The translations under genes and the position numbers were made by a program. Positions 9,786 to 19,380 of a stretch of 64,000 nt of DNA are shown piece by piece (the stretch's first letter is position 1; each line of letters begins with the position of its first letter). The stretch is from Treponemataceae bacterium (lineage in GTDB: Bacteria; Spirochaetota; Spirochaetia; Treponematales; Rectinemataceae): assembly GCA_963678065.2 (NCBI GenBank), contig CAXXVZ010000005.1, forward strand, positions 1,024,001-1,088,000, written 5' to 3'. The notes under the pieces are model-generated. The model ran no database searches. It was given only the letters and a program-made list of their open reading frames with translations, and was not told the DNA's origin.

Positions 9786-10811
9786 TTAAGCGATGTCGAC
9801 GACACCTCTGAAAAGATCCTTCTCGCCCTTCGCCAATTGGGTATACAGCTTCTGGGCCCCGTCGAGGCCGATCCTCTCCTCGGCGAAAGCCCCCGCGAGC
9901 CCGGCGTGTCCCTCGACGAAGCGTATGGCAAAGCGATAGTCGTCGTCGGTATAGCAATAGATGCCTTTTATGGTCTTCGCGCGTACGACAATTTCCTGCA
10001 TGTCGATCTCGATCATCCGCTGCGAATTGCCAATCCACACGATTTCGCCGCCGGTCTTCGCGAGCGAGTTCGCTAACCTCGCCGTCTGGGAGATGCCGAC
10101 CGCCTCGAAGGAGGTGTCGACACCAAGGTCTCCGGTGGCCTGAAGGATGGCGGTTAAAGGATCCTCTTCGCTGAAATTGACGGGTATCGCCCCCAGTCTC
10201 TTCGCCATATCCAGCTTCTTCGGGAACTGATCGATGACGAAAACCCTGGCCGGTCTACGCTGGAGAACCATGGCCAGAACGGCGAGGCCGATCATGCCGC
10301 CACCCACGATCGCGACGGTGTCGCCCTCCTTCACGCCCGACCTCGACACGGCGCCTGAGCCGACCGCGAAGGGTTCCACCAGAGCGGCGGTGGAAAAGGG
10401 AATAGTGTCGGAGATCGGAAAGGCGCTCGAGGCTCTCACGACCAGGTACTCGGCGAGCCCGCCAGTCTTCCCCATGTTGACGCCGACCATCTTTTTGTTC
10501 AGGCAGACACTCGTCATGCCGCGTCGGCACGGCCCGCATGTTCCGCAGTACATGATCGGCTGCACGACGACGCGCTGGCCCAGGCCGAGTGTATCGACAC
10601 CGGGGCCGAGAGCGACGACAGTGCCGGATATCTCATGCCCCATCACCATCCCTGGCTCGCGCCTGCCGGTCTTGCCCGCGAAGCCATGCACGTCGCTGCC
10701 ACAGATGCCCACCGAACCGACGCGGATGAGCACCTCGCCCGCCCTCGCCTCGGGGACCGGGATATCCTCTCCGGAGAATTCGAATGGCCCCTTATAGATC
10801 AAAGCCTTCAT
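9786..10811 (-). CDS. Zn-dependent medium-chain dehydrogenase (polyol/aldonate dehydrogenase-like)
   Basis: GICGSD, GHE, CGTCGPC..C structural Zn site, GGGMIG. Confidence 0.88.
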   Translation of the reverse strand: MKALIYKGPFEFSGEDIPVPEARAGEVLIRVGSVGICGSDVHGFAGKTGRREPGMVMGHEISGTVVALGPGVDTLGLGQRVVVQPIMYCGTCGPCRRGMTSVCLNKKMVGVNMGKTGGLAEYLVVRASSAFPISDTIPFSTAALVEPFAVGSGAVSRSGVKEGDTVAIVGGGMIGLAVLAMVLQRRPARVFVIDQFPKKLDMAKRLGAIPVNFSEEDPLTAILQATGDLGVDTSFEAVGISQTARLANSLAKTGGEIVWIGNSQRMIEIDMQEIVVRAKTIKGIYCYTDDDYRFAIRFVEGHAGLAGAFAEERIGLDGAQKLYTQLAKGEKDLFRGVVDIA

Positions 10812-10863
10812 GATCTGTTCCTTCGTCGAGCACTGTTTTTTGTTTCGCTCAGGACACGCACGG

Positions 10864-11610
10864 TCAGTTGCTCATCACGATCCCGCCGTTGACGTTCACA
10901 ACCTGACCTGTCACATAATCCGAAAGCGGGGAGGCGAGGAAGAAAGCCACATTCGCCACGTCCTCCACGGTCCCGACTCTTTCCATGGGAATGTCCCTGC
11001 CGGCATCGGGACTCGCGGCCCAGCTCTTCGTCATGTCCGTGAGAATAAAGCCGGGGACCACCGTGTTCACCGTGATTCCGTGCGTCGCCCCATACCGCGC
11101 GTAGGCTTTCGTCAGAGCGTGGATACCGCCCTTCGACGCGGTGTAGTTCACGCCGGCCTTCAATCCGCCAGTCTGCGCCGACATGGACCCGACATTGACA
11201 ATCTTTCCATGTCCCTGCGCCACCATCTCCCTGATGACCATCTGCGAGCAGATGTGCGTCCCCCTCAAGTTGACGGATATGACGCTGTCCCATTCCTCGA
11301 TGCTGATCTGATCGATGGGCTTGTTGCTCCCGAAGATCCCGGCATTGTTCACGAGAATATCGATCCGCGCCGCCTCGCCCATGACTGCCTTCACCATGCA
11401 TTGGATGGATTCCGCTTTCGATATATCCACTTTTATTGCCTTCGCCCCGTATCCTTGCTTCGCGATGGCGACCGCGGACTCAGTGACGCCCGCGAAATCT
11501 ATGTCCGCGAGGTACACGAATGCGCCCTCGGCCGCCAACTTCTCGGCGATCGCCCTGCCGATGCCTTTGGAGGCGCCGGTCACGATGGCCGTCTTGCCTT
11601 TGAGATCCAT
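10864..11610 (-). CDS. Short-chain dehydrogenase/reductase
   Basis: TGASKGIG, NNAG, YTASK catalytic motif. Confidence 0.92.
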   Translation of the reverse strand: MDLKGKTAIVTGASKGIGRAIAEKLAAEGAFVYLADIDFAGVTESAVAIAKQGYGAKAIKVDISKAESIQCMVKAVMGEAARIDILVNNAGIFGSNKPIDQISIEEWDSVISVNLRGTHICSQMVIREMVAQGHGKIVNVGSMSAQTGGLKAGVNYTASKGGIHALTKAYARYGATHGITVNTVVPGFILTDMTKSWAASPDAGRDIPMERVGTVEDVANVAFFLASPLSDYVTGQVVNVNGGIVMSN

Positions 11611-11636
11611 GGATCCTCCCCGCCCGAGAATGGTTC

Positions 11637-12491
11637 TTATGCTTCCGCGTCCAGCATTCTCTCGATCGCGTCGACGTAATCGAGCGTCGTCGTGAGTTCA
11701 TCGAAAGGCCGCGAGGACGGGATATATTCGAAACCAATGAAGCCTTTGAAACCGATGCCCCGAAGGCTTCGGGTCATCGTCACGAAATCGAAATTCCCCG
11801 CTCCCGGTCGCCGCCTGTTGCTGTCGGAATAGTGGACGTAGGCCAGTCTGTCGCCGCAATCCTCGACGCAGCGGGCGAAATCCCTGTCCTCCAGATTCAT
11901 GTGGTATGTGTCCAACAGAATCCTCAGTCGCTGATTGCCGATCCTGGTCACATATTCCAGAACTTCGTAGGTTGTGTTGAAGTAATTGCACAGGATATGG
12001 CTTATCGCCTCGAGGTCCAGGTTCACATCGAATCTCTCGGCCTTCTCGAGGAGAATTTGGAGGCTCTCCGTCAGTCTTTCCTCGAATATTGAATACCGGG
12101 AGAGGTCGGGAATCTTCCCTCGCAGGAGTCCGATGATGACCGAACTCCCAAGCTTCCCGGCGAGTTCTATCATTCCTTCCAGCCTGACACGCGCGTTGCG
12201 CCTGACCTCGGCATCGTCATCGATCAGCGACAGACCCTCGGCCGCAAACCCCATACCCGTCGAGATCGAGGAGATCTGTACGTGGTTCTCGACACAGCAC
12301 TGCAGCAGCCTGTCGCTGTCCACCAGATCGGGGCTCCGCACATGCAGCTCCGCGAACGCGCATCCGGACCGGGCCACATCCTTCACGTTCTCGTAGAGGT
12401 CCTTCCTGAATACCGCCGGATAGCTGTCTGAAAGGTTCGGGCCTATCGCAACGCTGTACTTCAATCTGTTTGCCATTCCGGTACCCGTCAT
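11637..12491 (-). CDS. TIM-barrel sugar epimerase/isomerase, similar to 5-keto-L-gluconate epimerase IolO
   Basis: C-terminal part of ORF 11637-13274: STGMG..EGLSL, VIIGLLRG, DTYHMN, HYSDSNR..PG.G, GFE metal ligands; ATG overlaps the livF stop (alternative start 12476). Confidence 0.8.
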   Translation of the reverse strand: MTGTGMANRLKYSVAIGPNLSDSYPAVFRKDLYENVKDVARSGCAFAELHVRSPDLVDSDRLLQCCVENHVQISSISTGMGFAAEGLSLIDDDAEVRRNARVRLEGMIELAGKLGSSVIIGLLRGKIPDLSRYSIFEERLTESLQILLEKAERFDVNLDLEAISHILCNYFNTTYEVLEYVTRIGNQRLRILLDTYHMNLEDRDFARCVEDCGDRLAYVHYSDSNRRRPGAGNFDFVTMTRSLRGIGFKGFIGFEYIPSSRPFDELTTTLDYVDAIERMLDAEA

Positions 12492-13201
12492 CCTTCTCCC
12501 AGATAGTGTTTTCGCACGCTCTCGTCTTGCATCAGGCACTTCGCGTCGGCGGAGAGCGCCACCTCCCCGGTCACCATGACGTAGCCGCGCTGTGCGACAT
12601 TCAGCGCAGCCTTGGAATTCTGCTCCACCAGCAAAACCGTCACCCCGTCGGCATTGATTTTCTTGATGATCTCGAAAATCTCCTTCACGATGAGAGGGGC
12701 GAGACCTAGCGAGGGTTCGTCCATGAGAAGAATCTGGGGTTTCGACATCAGCGCGCGCCCGACCGCGAGCATCTGCTGCTCGCCGCCGCTCAAGGTCCCG
12801 GCCTCCTGCTTCTCCCTCTCCATGAGGCGTGGGAAAAGAGCATAAACATAATCGAGGCCGGCGGCAAAACTGCGATCCTTTCTGAAGGCCCCCAAAAACA
12901 GGTTCTCTTTCGTCGTCAACTTCGGAAACACATGCCGCCCTTCGAGTACGTGGGATATTCCCGACGACACTATGCGCTCTGCCTTCTTCGAGATGATGTT
13001 GTCGCCCTGAAACAGGATCTTCCCGCTCGTGGGCTTCCCCAACAGCCCCGAGACGCAGCGCAGGGTGGTGGTCTTGCCGGCCCCGTTCGAGCCGAGTATC
13101 GCGACGATCTCGCCCTTGCCCACCGAGATGTTCACGCATTTCAGCGCATGGTTGGCCCCGTAATGGAAATGCAAGTCCTCTATCCTGAGTATCTCTTCCA
13201 T
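12488..13201 (-). CDS. livF: LIV/HAAT-family ABC transporter ATPase
   Basis: GSNGAGKT, LSGGEQQM, DEPSLGLAP, VEQN. Confidence 0.92.
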   Translation of the reverse strand: MEEILRIEDLHFHYGANHALKCVNISVGKGEIVAILGSNGAGKTTTLRCVSGLLGKPTSGKILFQGDNIISKKAERIVSSGISHVLEGRHVFPKLTTKENLFLGAFRKDRSFAAGLDYVYALFPRLMEREKQEAGTLSGGEQQMLAVGRALMSKPQILLMDEPSLGLAPLIVKEIFEIIKKINADGVTVLLVEQNSKAALNVAQRGYVMVTGEVALSADAKCLMQDESVRKHYLGEG

Positions 13202-13203
13202 CG

Positions 13204-13956
13204 CTACTCTCCCCCCAGGTAGGCTTCGATGACGACCGGATTGCGCTGTATTTCTTCCGGCTTGCCCGCGGCAATTTTCTTGCCGTAGTTCATCACATAG
13301 ACGGAGTCCGCCATACCCATGACAATTTTCATGTCGTGCTCGACGAGGAGAATCGTTTTCCCCAGATCCCGGATCTTCAGGATCAAGTCCATCACATCGG
13401 CCTTCTCGCTCGAGTTCATTCCCGCAACCGGTTCGTCAAGAAGGAGCATCGCCGGGTCGCTGGCGAGAGCGCGGGCGATCTCGAGCTTCTTCTGCTGCCC
13501 GTACGGCAGGTTTTTCGCGGTCTCCGAAGCGTAGGCGGCAAGATTTATGAATTCGAGAAGGCTCTTGGCCTTATCCAGCATCTCGCGCTCCTCGCTCCGT
13601 TGCCTCGGTGTGCGAAGGAGGTTGCGCACGACACCGCAGGTACCTTTCGTATGCCGGCCGACCAGGATGTTGTCCAGGACAGTCATTCCGCTGAACAGAT
13701 GGATATTCTGGTATGTCCGCGCGATCCCTTTTTCGTTGACCTGATACGGCTTCAGCCCCGAGATTTTTTCCCCTTCGAAATCGATCGCGCCCTCCATCGG
13801 TGCGAATACGCCGCTTATCAGATTGAACGCAGTCGTTTTTCCCGCGCCGTTGGGGCCGATAAGCGCGGTTATGCTGCTCTTTTCCACAACCATCGTCAGC
13901 CTGTCGACCGCGGTGAGGCCGCCGAACCGGATTGTAACGTCGCGCAGATTCAGCAT
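13204..13956 (-). CDS. livG: LIV/HAAT-family ABC transporter ATPase
   Basis: FGGLTAV, GPNGAGKT, LPYGQQK, DEPVAG, VEHDM, VIEAYLG. Confidence 0.92.
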   Translation of the reverse strand: MLNLRDVTIRFGGLTAVDRLTMVVEKSSITALIGPNGAGKTTAFNLISGVFAPMEGAIDFEGEKISGLKPYQVNEKGIARTYQNIHLFSGMTVLDNILVGRHTKGTCGVVRNLLRTPRQRSEEREMLDKAKSLLEFINLAAYASETAKNLPYGQQKKLEIARALASDPAMLLLDEPVAGMNSSEKADVMDLILKIRDLGKTILLVEHDMKIVMGMADSVYVMNYGKKIAAGKPEEIQRNPVVIEAYLGGE

Positions 13957-14927
13957 GACGCATTCCTCTTCTTCGCTCCCCACTTCACCAGGCTCAGGAC
14001 GTTAAGGCCCCGCGAGACACCGCCCGGGATATAGACGATGATGAAAAGCAGGAATACTCCGTATACCAGCATCTGGTAGCTCCCGAGCTTCTGCAGGAAT
14101 TCCGAGAGGATGGCAAGCGCTCCGGCGCCGATAATCGGCCCCCAGAAGTTGCCCATTCCTCCGAACAGCAACATGGTCAGGAAAAGCGTCGATTGGCTCG
14201 AACTGAAGCTCTCGGGGCTGATAAAGCCGATGAGATGCGCATACAGCGCGCCGGCCAAACCCGTATAAAGCGCGCTCATCGCGAAGGCCATCGTTTTGTA
14301 TTTCGTGACATTTATCCCCATGCCGTTGGCCGCATGGCTGTCCTCCCGTATCGCGATGAAAGCCCGGCCGGTGCGCGAGCGGACCAGCCGCTGCTTGAGG
14401 AAAAGCAGGAGTACAAGCATTCCGTACACGACATAGAAGTACGAGGTGTTCGACTCGAAGGCGAACGTGCCGATTTTCGGCCTCGGGATGAAGTTCATAC
14501 CCGTATAGCCTTCCGTCAGGCCGCGGGCCTGGGAGACAAACAGATAAATAAGCTCTCCGAATGATATCGTCACGAGGGCGAGAAAATGGTGGACAAGTTT
14601 TACGGCCGACAAGGCGAGCAGGACAGCGACGAGCATCGCGAGGAAACCGCCGATGAAGATAGTCGCAAAGACGGGCAGTCCGAGGTTCCGCGACAGTATC
14701 GCTGAAGTGTAAGCCCCGATGCAGTAGAAGCCCGCGTGCCCGAGGGATATCTGTCCCGAATAACCGAACAGGATGTCGAGTCCCGTTATTACGATGATCG
14801 AGATCCCCGTCGTGCAAAGCAGGAGGACCAAATACGAATCAAAGAAGCATATGACAGGGAGCAGGCCGCCTGCGACCACGAGCAGAAGCGCTTTTACCGA
14901 TGGCGGAGTCTTGGCTCGGATATTCAT
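13950..14927 (-). CDS. livM: LIV/HAAT-family ABC permease
   Basis: GYSGQISLGHAGF, GRAFIAIRED, GGMG..GP; multi-TM. Confidence 0.9.
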   Translation of the reverse strand: MNIRAKTPPSVKALLLVVAGGLLPVICFFDSYLVLLLCTTGISIIVITGLDILFGYSGQISLGHAGFYCIGAYTSAILSRNLGLPVFATIFIGGFLAMLVAVLLALSAVKLVHHFLALVTISFGELIYLFVSQARGLTEGYTGMNFIPRPKIGTFAFESNTSYFYVVYGMLVLLLFLKQRLVRSRTGRAFIAIREDSHAANGMGINVTKYKTMAFAMSALYTGLAGALYAHLIGFISPESFSSSQSTLFLTMLLFGGMGNFWGPIIGAGALAILSEFLQKLGSYQMLVYGVFLLFIIVYIPGGVSRGLNVLSLVKWGAKKRNASC

Positions 14928-14942
14928 CGAAGTACCCTCATG

Positions 14943-15815
14943 TCAGTCACCGTAGACCTTGCCCTTGAACAATCCACGGGGAATGAAAATCAAGAAAATT
15001 ATGAGAATGAAGAAGGAAATGAAGTCCTTGTACATCGACGATATATACGCCGCGGTAAAGGTCTCGATACCACCCAACAGCAGAGAACCCACAATCGCCC
15101 CGTACATATTCCCGTAGCCGCCGATGACTGCTCCCGCGAATCCCTTCGTCCCGATCATCGTGCCCATGTGCGCGCTTACTCCGTATATAGGGCCTATCAG
15201 CACGCCCCCGACCCCCGTCAGCATCGAGGCGATTCCCCATGTTATTCCGGTGGTCATGGAGACATTGATGTTCACCGTTTTCGCGGCCATGGGATCCTGC
15301 GCCGCGGCGCGCATGGAGGTCCCGAGCCTTGTGCGGGTCATGAAGAAATGGAAAACCAGCATTACGACGAGGCCGACCGCTATCGCCATCAAGGCCTCGG
15401 GCGGGACGTTAAAACTTCCCAGCCTGATGCGGTTGACTGCGAAGATCGGGGGGAACTGGAATACATTGCTTCCCCAGATGATCATCGCCAGATTCTTGAA
15501 GATAATCGACAGGGCTATCGTCGCGACAACTATGAATATCGCGTTGGCCCCGGCCTTCTGAAGTTTCCGTATTATGAATTTCTCGATCAGTATTCCGATG
15601 ATATACATGCATAGCATCGTCAGGAGAAGTGCGATGTAGAACGGCAGCTTACAATACTTGTAAAACGTAAGGCCGAGAAAGGATCCCAACATGAGCAGTT
15701 CGCCCTGAACAAAGCTCATCAATCCTGACGCGCTGTATATCACACTGTATCCGAGTGCGACGAGGCCGTAGACGCTGCCGATAACCAGAGCGCCGACAAG
15801 TACTTGGAAGAACAC
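14943..15815 (-). CDS. livH: LIV/HAAT-family ABC permease
   Basis: GSVYGLVALG, GTSMRAAAQD, IGGYG; multi-TM. Confidence 0.9.
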   Translation of the reverse strand: MFFQVLVGALVIGSVYGLVALGYSVIYSASGLMSFVQGELLMLGSFLGLTFYKYCKLPFYIALLLTMLCMYIIGILIEKFIIRKLQKAGANAIFIVVATIALSIIFKNLAMIIWGSNVFQFPPIFAVNRIRLGSFNVPPEALMAIAVGLVVMLVFHFFMTRTRLGTSMRAAAQDPMAAKTVNINVSMTTGITWGIASMLTGVGGVLIGPIYGVSAHMGTMIGTKGFAGAVIGGYGNMYGAIVGSLLLGGIETFTAAYISSMYKDFISFFILIIFLIFIPRGLFKGKVYGD

Positions 15816-15834
15816 GAGGGACCCTCCCGTCAGA

Positions 15835-15872
15835 ATCGCGAAAGCCGAGGGGAACCCGCGGCCTTCGCGATG
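15835..15872 (-). other. Intercistronic stem-loop after the substrate-binding protein gene
   Basis: atcgcgaaagccg ... cggccttcgcgat imperfect inverted repeat. Confidence 0.5.
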
Positions 15873-15888
15873 ATTTCAAGCGACTGGA

Positions 15889-17040
15889 CTATTTCTTCAC
15901 AGACTTCAGGTAGTCAGAAAGGAGTATGTCTCGCCCGTCCTTGATCGCGAACATCCTCGCCTCGCGGATGCCCTCACCATTCCCGCCGCGGAAGTCGAAG
16001 GTTCCGGCGAGTCCCTCCAGCCCGTAAAGGTTGGCAATCTGGTCGCGGACTGCAGTGCCATCGACGCTCTTGGCGCGCTTGAAGGCTTCCGCGAATATCT
16101 TCACGGAATCGTATGCTCGTAGGGCTGTCTGACTGTCGGGCATTCTGCCAAACTCGGCGACGAAGGCTTTGAAGAAGTCCTCGTGCATTTTGTTGATCGC
16201 CAACTCGGGCTTGGCCGGAATGACGTACGATGAGCCGAAGACCGACCCGTCGGCGTCCCTGCCCGCGACCTCTTTGACGGATGGTACGGAGAGACTTTCA
16301 GGCCCAAACACAAGGCCGCTGAAGCCGTTCAGCCTGGCCTGCTTGACGATCGGTCCCTGGTCGGCGTCGACGCCGAAAGCGATCAAGGCTTCGATCTTCG
16401 AGTTGAGCAGTTTCGTGAGCTGGCCGGTGAAATCCGTGTCGCCGGGGTTGAACCACTCGGCCACAAGCTGGATTCCGTACGTGTCGAGCTGCTTCTTGAC
16501 GTCCTCGACGCCGCCCTTGCCATACTCGTCCGACCGTCCGAGAGCGCCGACCTTCTTGTACTTGAGGTCACTGATCGTCTTCGCGATCTGGATGTTGATG
16601 AGGTTGGTATTCGCCAGGGGCCTGAACAGGTAGGTGTAGCCCTTCTGGAGCCATCCGGGACTCGTACCTATCCCGATTTCGGGCACCTTGGCCTTCTCGG
16701 CGACAGGCGCCGACGCGAGGATATTGCCGGAGTGCAGCGACCCGACGATGCAATTGACCTTGTCCGCGGTTATCATGCGCGTCACGGCCTTCACCGCCTC
16801 CTCGGGGGATGAATTGTCGTTGTAGGCGACGAGGACGAGCTTCTGGCCATTCACGCCCCCCTGGGCGTTGATCTGCTTGATGGCCAGCTCGGCGCCTTGT
16901 CGGGAGGCGATCCCGGAGAGGGACATCGGTCCGGCCAAGGGGCCATAGAAACCGATCTTGATGGCTTCCTGAGCGACGACGGGCATCGCCAGCAAAGCGC
17001 TTGCGCAGAGGCACAACAAAAGGCTTCTTCTCAACTGCAT
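15889..17040 (-). CDS. LIV/HAAT-family ABC substrate-binding protein
   Basis: Signal peptide, IKIGFYGPLAG, INAQGGVNG, DTDFTGQL. Confidence 0.9.
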   Translation of the reverse strand: MQLRRSLLLCLCASALLAMPVVAQEAIKIGFYGPLAGPMSLSGIASRQGAELAIKQINAQGGVNGQKLVLVAYNDNSSPEEAVKAVTRMITADKVNCIVGSLHSGNILASAPVAEKAKVPEIGIGTSPGWLQKGYTYLFRPLANTNLINIQIAKTISDLKYKKVGALGRSDEYGKGGVEDVKKQLDTYGIQLVAEWFNPGDTDFTGQLTKLLNSKIEALIAFGVDADQGPIVKQARLNGFSGLVFGPESLSVPSVKEVAGRDADGSVFGSSYVIPAKPELAINKMHEDFFKAFVAEFGRMPDSQTALRAYDSVKIFAEAFKRAKSVDGTAVRDQIANLYGLEGLAGTFDFRGGNGEGIREARMFAIKDGRDILLSDYLKSVKK

Positions 17041-17162
17041 CTCTACCTCCCTGTGGATAAATTCTTTTGATTTATCCTACAATATGACTAATAGCATAAT
17101 ATGTCCCGTTTTTTCGTTTTGTCAAACTCTTTTTTCCGCATCAGAATTGCCACTTGCAGTGC

Positions 17163-18257
17163 TCATTCTCCCCTGATGTCCGGATCAAGAATCAGCGCGT
17201 CGCGGATCAGCGCGACGAGATCGTCGTAGCTCTTCAGGAACTGCCTGAGCGTTCTCCGCGTCGCGCCGAAATAATCGAAGTCCGCCACGGACAGCCCCTT
17301 CTCGTCGTAGGCTCTGCGGAAATCAGGGTACTTTTTCTCCAGTTCCCCCACGATGCGCGGATCGACAGGAACACTCATTCGATCATTCACCGCCACATCG
17401 CTGACATTGAAGCGAAGCTGCCACTCATAGGGGATTGTCATACTGATTTTTCCCCCGATGAACTCCGACCATTGCATGTGATTCCGGTAGGCCGCAGTCA
17501 GCAACCTCGTTCTGTAGCCTCTTTCCGTGTATAAGGCATAGGCTTTCTTCACTACCGCGACTCCCGCCCACTCCAGATTTCCAGGATCCGTAATTATTCC
17601 TTTTTTGTCGGTGATCTTCTTGAGCCAATCATCCAGGCGCCCCGCCATGATCGCGCACATGGGACTCATACCGGCCGCGTCTTTCCCTTCCCGTTCGCGT
17701 CTGCATAATCCTCTTTCGGTGGCCTCCGCCACGGCCAGCGCCTGAGCGACGGTGAAGCAGACGGTGGCGTTGGTACTGACACCGAGGTAGGTGAGCTGTT
17801 CTATGGCATCCATGCCGGCACGTGTCGCGGGCAGTTTAATGTTCAGATTGGGCGCTATGGCGTTCAGACGGAGCGCCTGCTCCACCATCCGGCCGGCATC
17901 GCGGAAGTATTTCGGGTTGGTCTGTACAGAGAGCCGTCCCTTCTTCCCCCTGGACGCCTCGAAGATCGGAAAAAGGAGAGCGGCACCCTTCGCCGCCATT
18001 TCTTCGATGATCGTCCACGCAATCTCATCCTCGGTGCAGGATTGATTGGCTTTTATATATTCCCGTATCCGGGGTTCCCATTCCGGAAACTCCTTTTTGA
18101 GAACCGTCGCGACGATGACAGGATTGGTCGTGGCGCCTACAGCCCCGTTCTTGATGGCGTAACTCATCTCGTCGATCGCGCACGAATCGTTCCAGAACTC
18201 CGTCGGCGTCTTTCGCGACATCAAGGTCAGCGGATAGACCGATGGCATTGCTTCCAT
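17163..18257 (-). CDS. Transaldolase-family protein with a non-canonical active site
   Basis: WNDS, GATTNP, NIKLP Schiff-base Lys, NATVCF, AGRLDD; GGAG RBS before ATG 18257. Confidence 0.85.
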   Translation of the reverse strand: MEAMPSVYPLTLMSRKTPTEFWNDSCAIDEMSYAIKNGAVGATTNPVIVATVLKKEFPEWEPRIREYIKANQSCTEDEIAWTIIEEMAAKGAALLFPIFEASRGKKGRLSVQTNPKYFRDAGRMVEQALRLNAIAPNLNIKLPATRAGMDAIEQLTYLGVSTNATVCFTVAQALAVAEATERGLCRREREGKDAAGMSPMCAIMAGRLDDWLKKITDKKGIITDPGNLEWAGVAVVKKAYALYTERGYRTRLLTAAYRNHMQWSEFIGGKISMTIPYEWQLRFNVSDVAVNDRMSVPVDPRIVGELEKKYPDFRRAYDEKGLSVADFDYFGATRRTLRQFLKSYDDLVALIRDALILDPDIRGE

Positions 18258-18336
18258 ACCCCCTCCCCGATCATGGCACAGACATCTCTCCGGGTTACGG
18301 AGAGAGACATAATTGATATTTATTGCACTTATTGTT

Positions 18337-18353
18337 GTATTGTCCGACAATAC
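18337..18353. promoter_or_regulatory. Palindromic operator, probably for the GntR/FadR regulator
   Basis: GTATTGTC-C-GACAATAC, just downstream of a minus-strand TTGACA (18381-18386); related TTATCCTACAATA at ~17072-17084 in the SBP promoter. Confidence 0.65.
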
Positions 18354-18612
18354 TATTATTGTCTATCCTGATTCCGATTCTGTCAAGATTTTTCTTTAAA
18401 AACGGAAATATCATCCAATATATTATCGCATCAGCTTTTATTGATTATCAACTCTCCCGCATCGATCCGAATAATTTTCAGGGAAGGTTCCATTCACGAC
18501 TTTGTTTTTTCGCCAGAAAAAAAGCTTGTGCTATCATGATGATCCGTATTATACTTTCCTAGTCTTAATCCGCGTTAAGCGGTCCAAATCGTTACCGTAT
18601 AGAGGCGCGAAC

Positions 18613-19356
18613 TTGATAGATAACCCAGCCAATATCCAGATCCGCCAGAAAACCATCGTCGAACAAGTCATGGAACGGATCAAGGATTTCGTCGCTTCTG
18701 GGCAGATCAAGCCTGGCGATAAGCTGCCGACAGAACTGGAAATGGCGAAATCGTTTGGCGTCAGCCGCTCCTCCATCCGCGAGGCCATCAAGATATTCAC
18801 GTATCTCGGCGTGTTCGAAACGCAGACAAGGCGGGGCACGATCCTCTGCGACCACTCAAGCATTTCCAACGAGGCCCTCACGTGGACCTTCCTTCTCGGG
18901 AAGAAGGAATTCGATGACCTGATCGATCTCAGAAAGGCCATCGAGCAAGAGGCCTGGATCATGCTCTGCGAAGCGCGGAAAAAGGACAAAGAATCGACCC
19001 AGAGCACAGTCGATAAGCTCAAGGCCGAGGTCGAGAGCATGAAGAGCGCCGTGCAGAGGAAGGAGATGGATGAGCTCGAGGGCGCCGATTATCGATTCCA
19101 CCAGGCGGTGATCGACTCTTCGCAGAATGAGCAATTCATCATTCTCTTCCAGACACTGAAGGCCTTCACTCTCGAGGAGATCCGTAAGTCCAACATCTAC
19201 CGAAACATGTCACCATCGATCTGCACCGAACACATGCAGATGCTGAACGCGCTCGAATCCGGAGACATGGAAAAGGTATTGAAACTATTCCGGGCGCACA
19301 TCAAGAAGACAAAGAACAATATCAAGGCCTTGGTCTATTCCACGAAGAAACAATAG
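18613..19356 (+). CDS. GntR/FadR-family transcriptional regulator
   Basis: PGDKLPTE..FGVSRSSIREA wHTH, FCD domain D.RFH..EH; start codon uncertain (TTG 18613). Confidence 0.9.
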   Translation: MIDNPANIQIRQKTIVEQVMERIKDFVASGQIKPGDKLPTELEMAKSFGVSRSSIREAIKIFTYLGVFETQTRRGTILCDHSSISNEALTWTFLLGKKEFDDLIDLRKAIEQEAWIMLCEARKKDKESTQSTVDKLKAEVESMKSAVQRKEMDELEGADYRFHQAVIDSSQNEQFIILFQTLKAFTLEEIRKSNIYRNMSPSICTEHMQMLNALESGDMEKVLKLFRAHIKKTKNNIKALVYSTKKQ

Positions 19357-19380
19357 AGTCGGCGGTCTCTCCACTTCTAT

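Noticed and set aside
11637..13274. 545-aa ORF as a single fusion protein
   Set aside because: Its N-terminal half overlaps livF in another frame; only the C-terminal ~285 aa is a real epimerase
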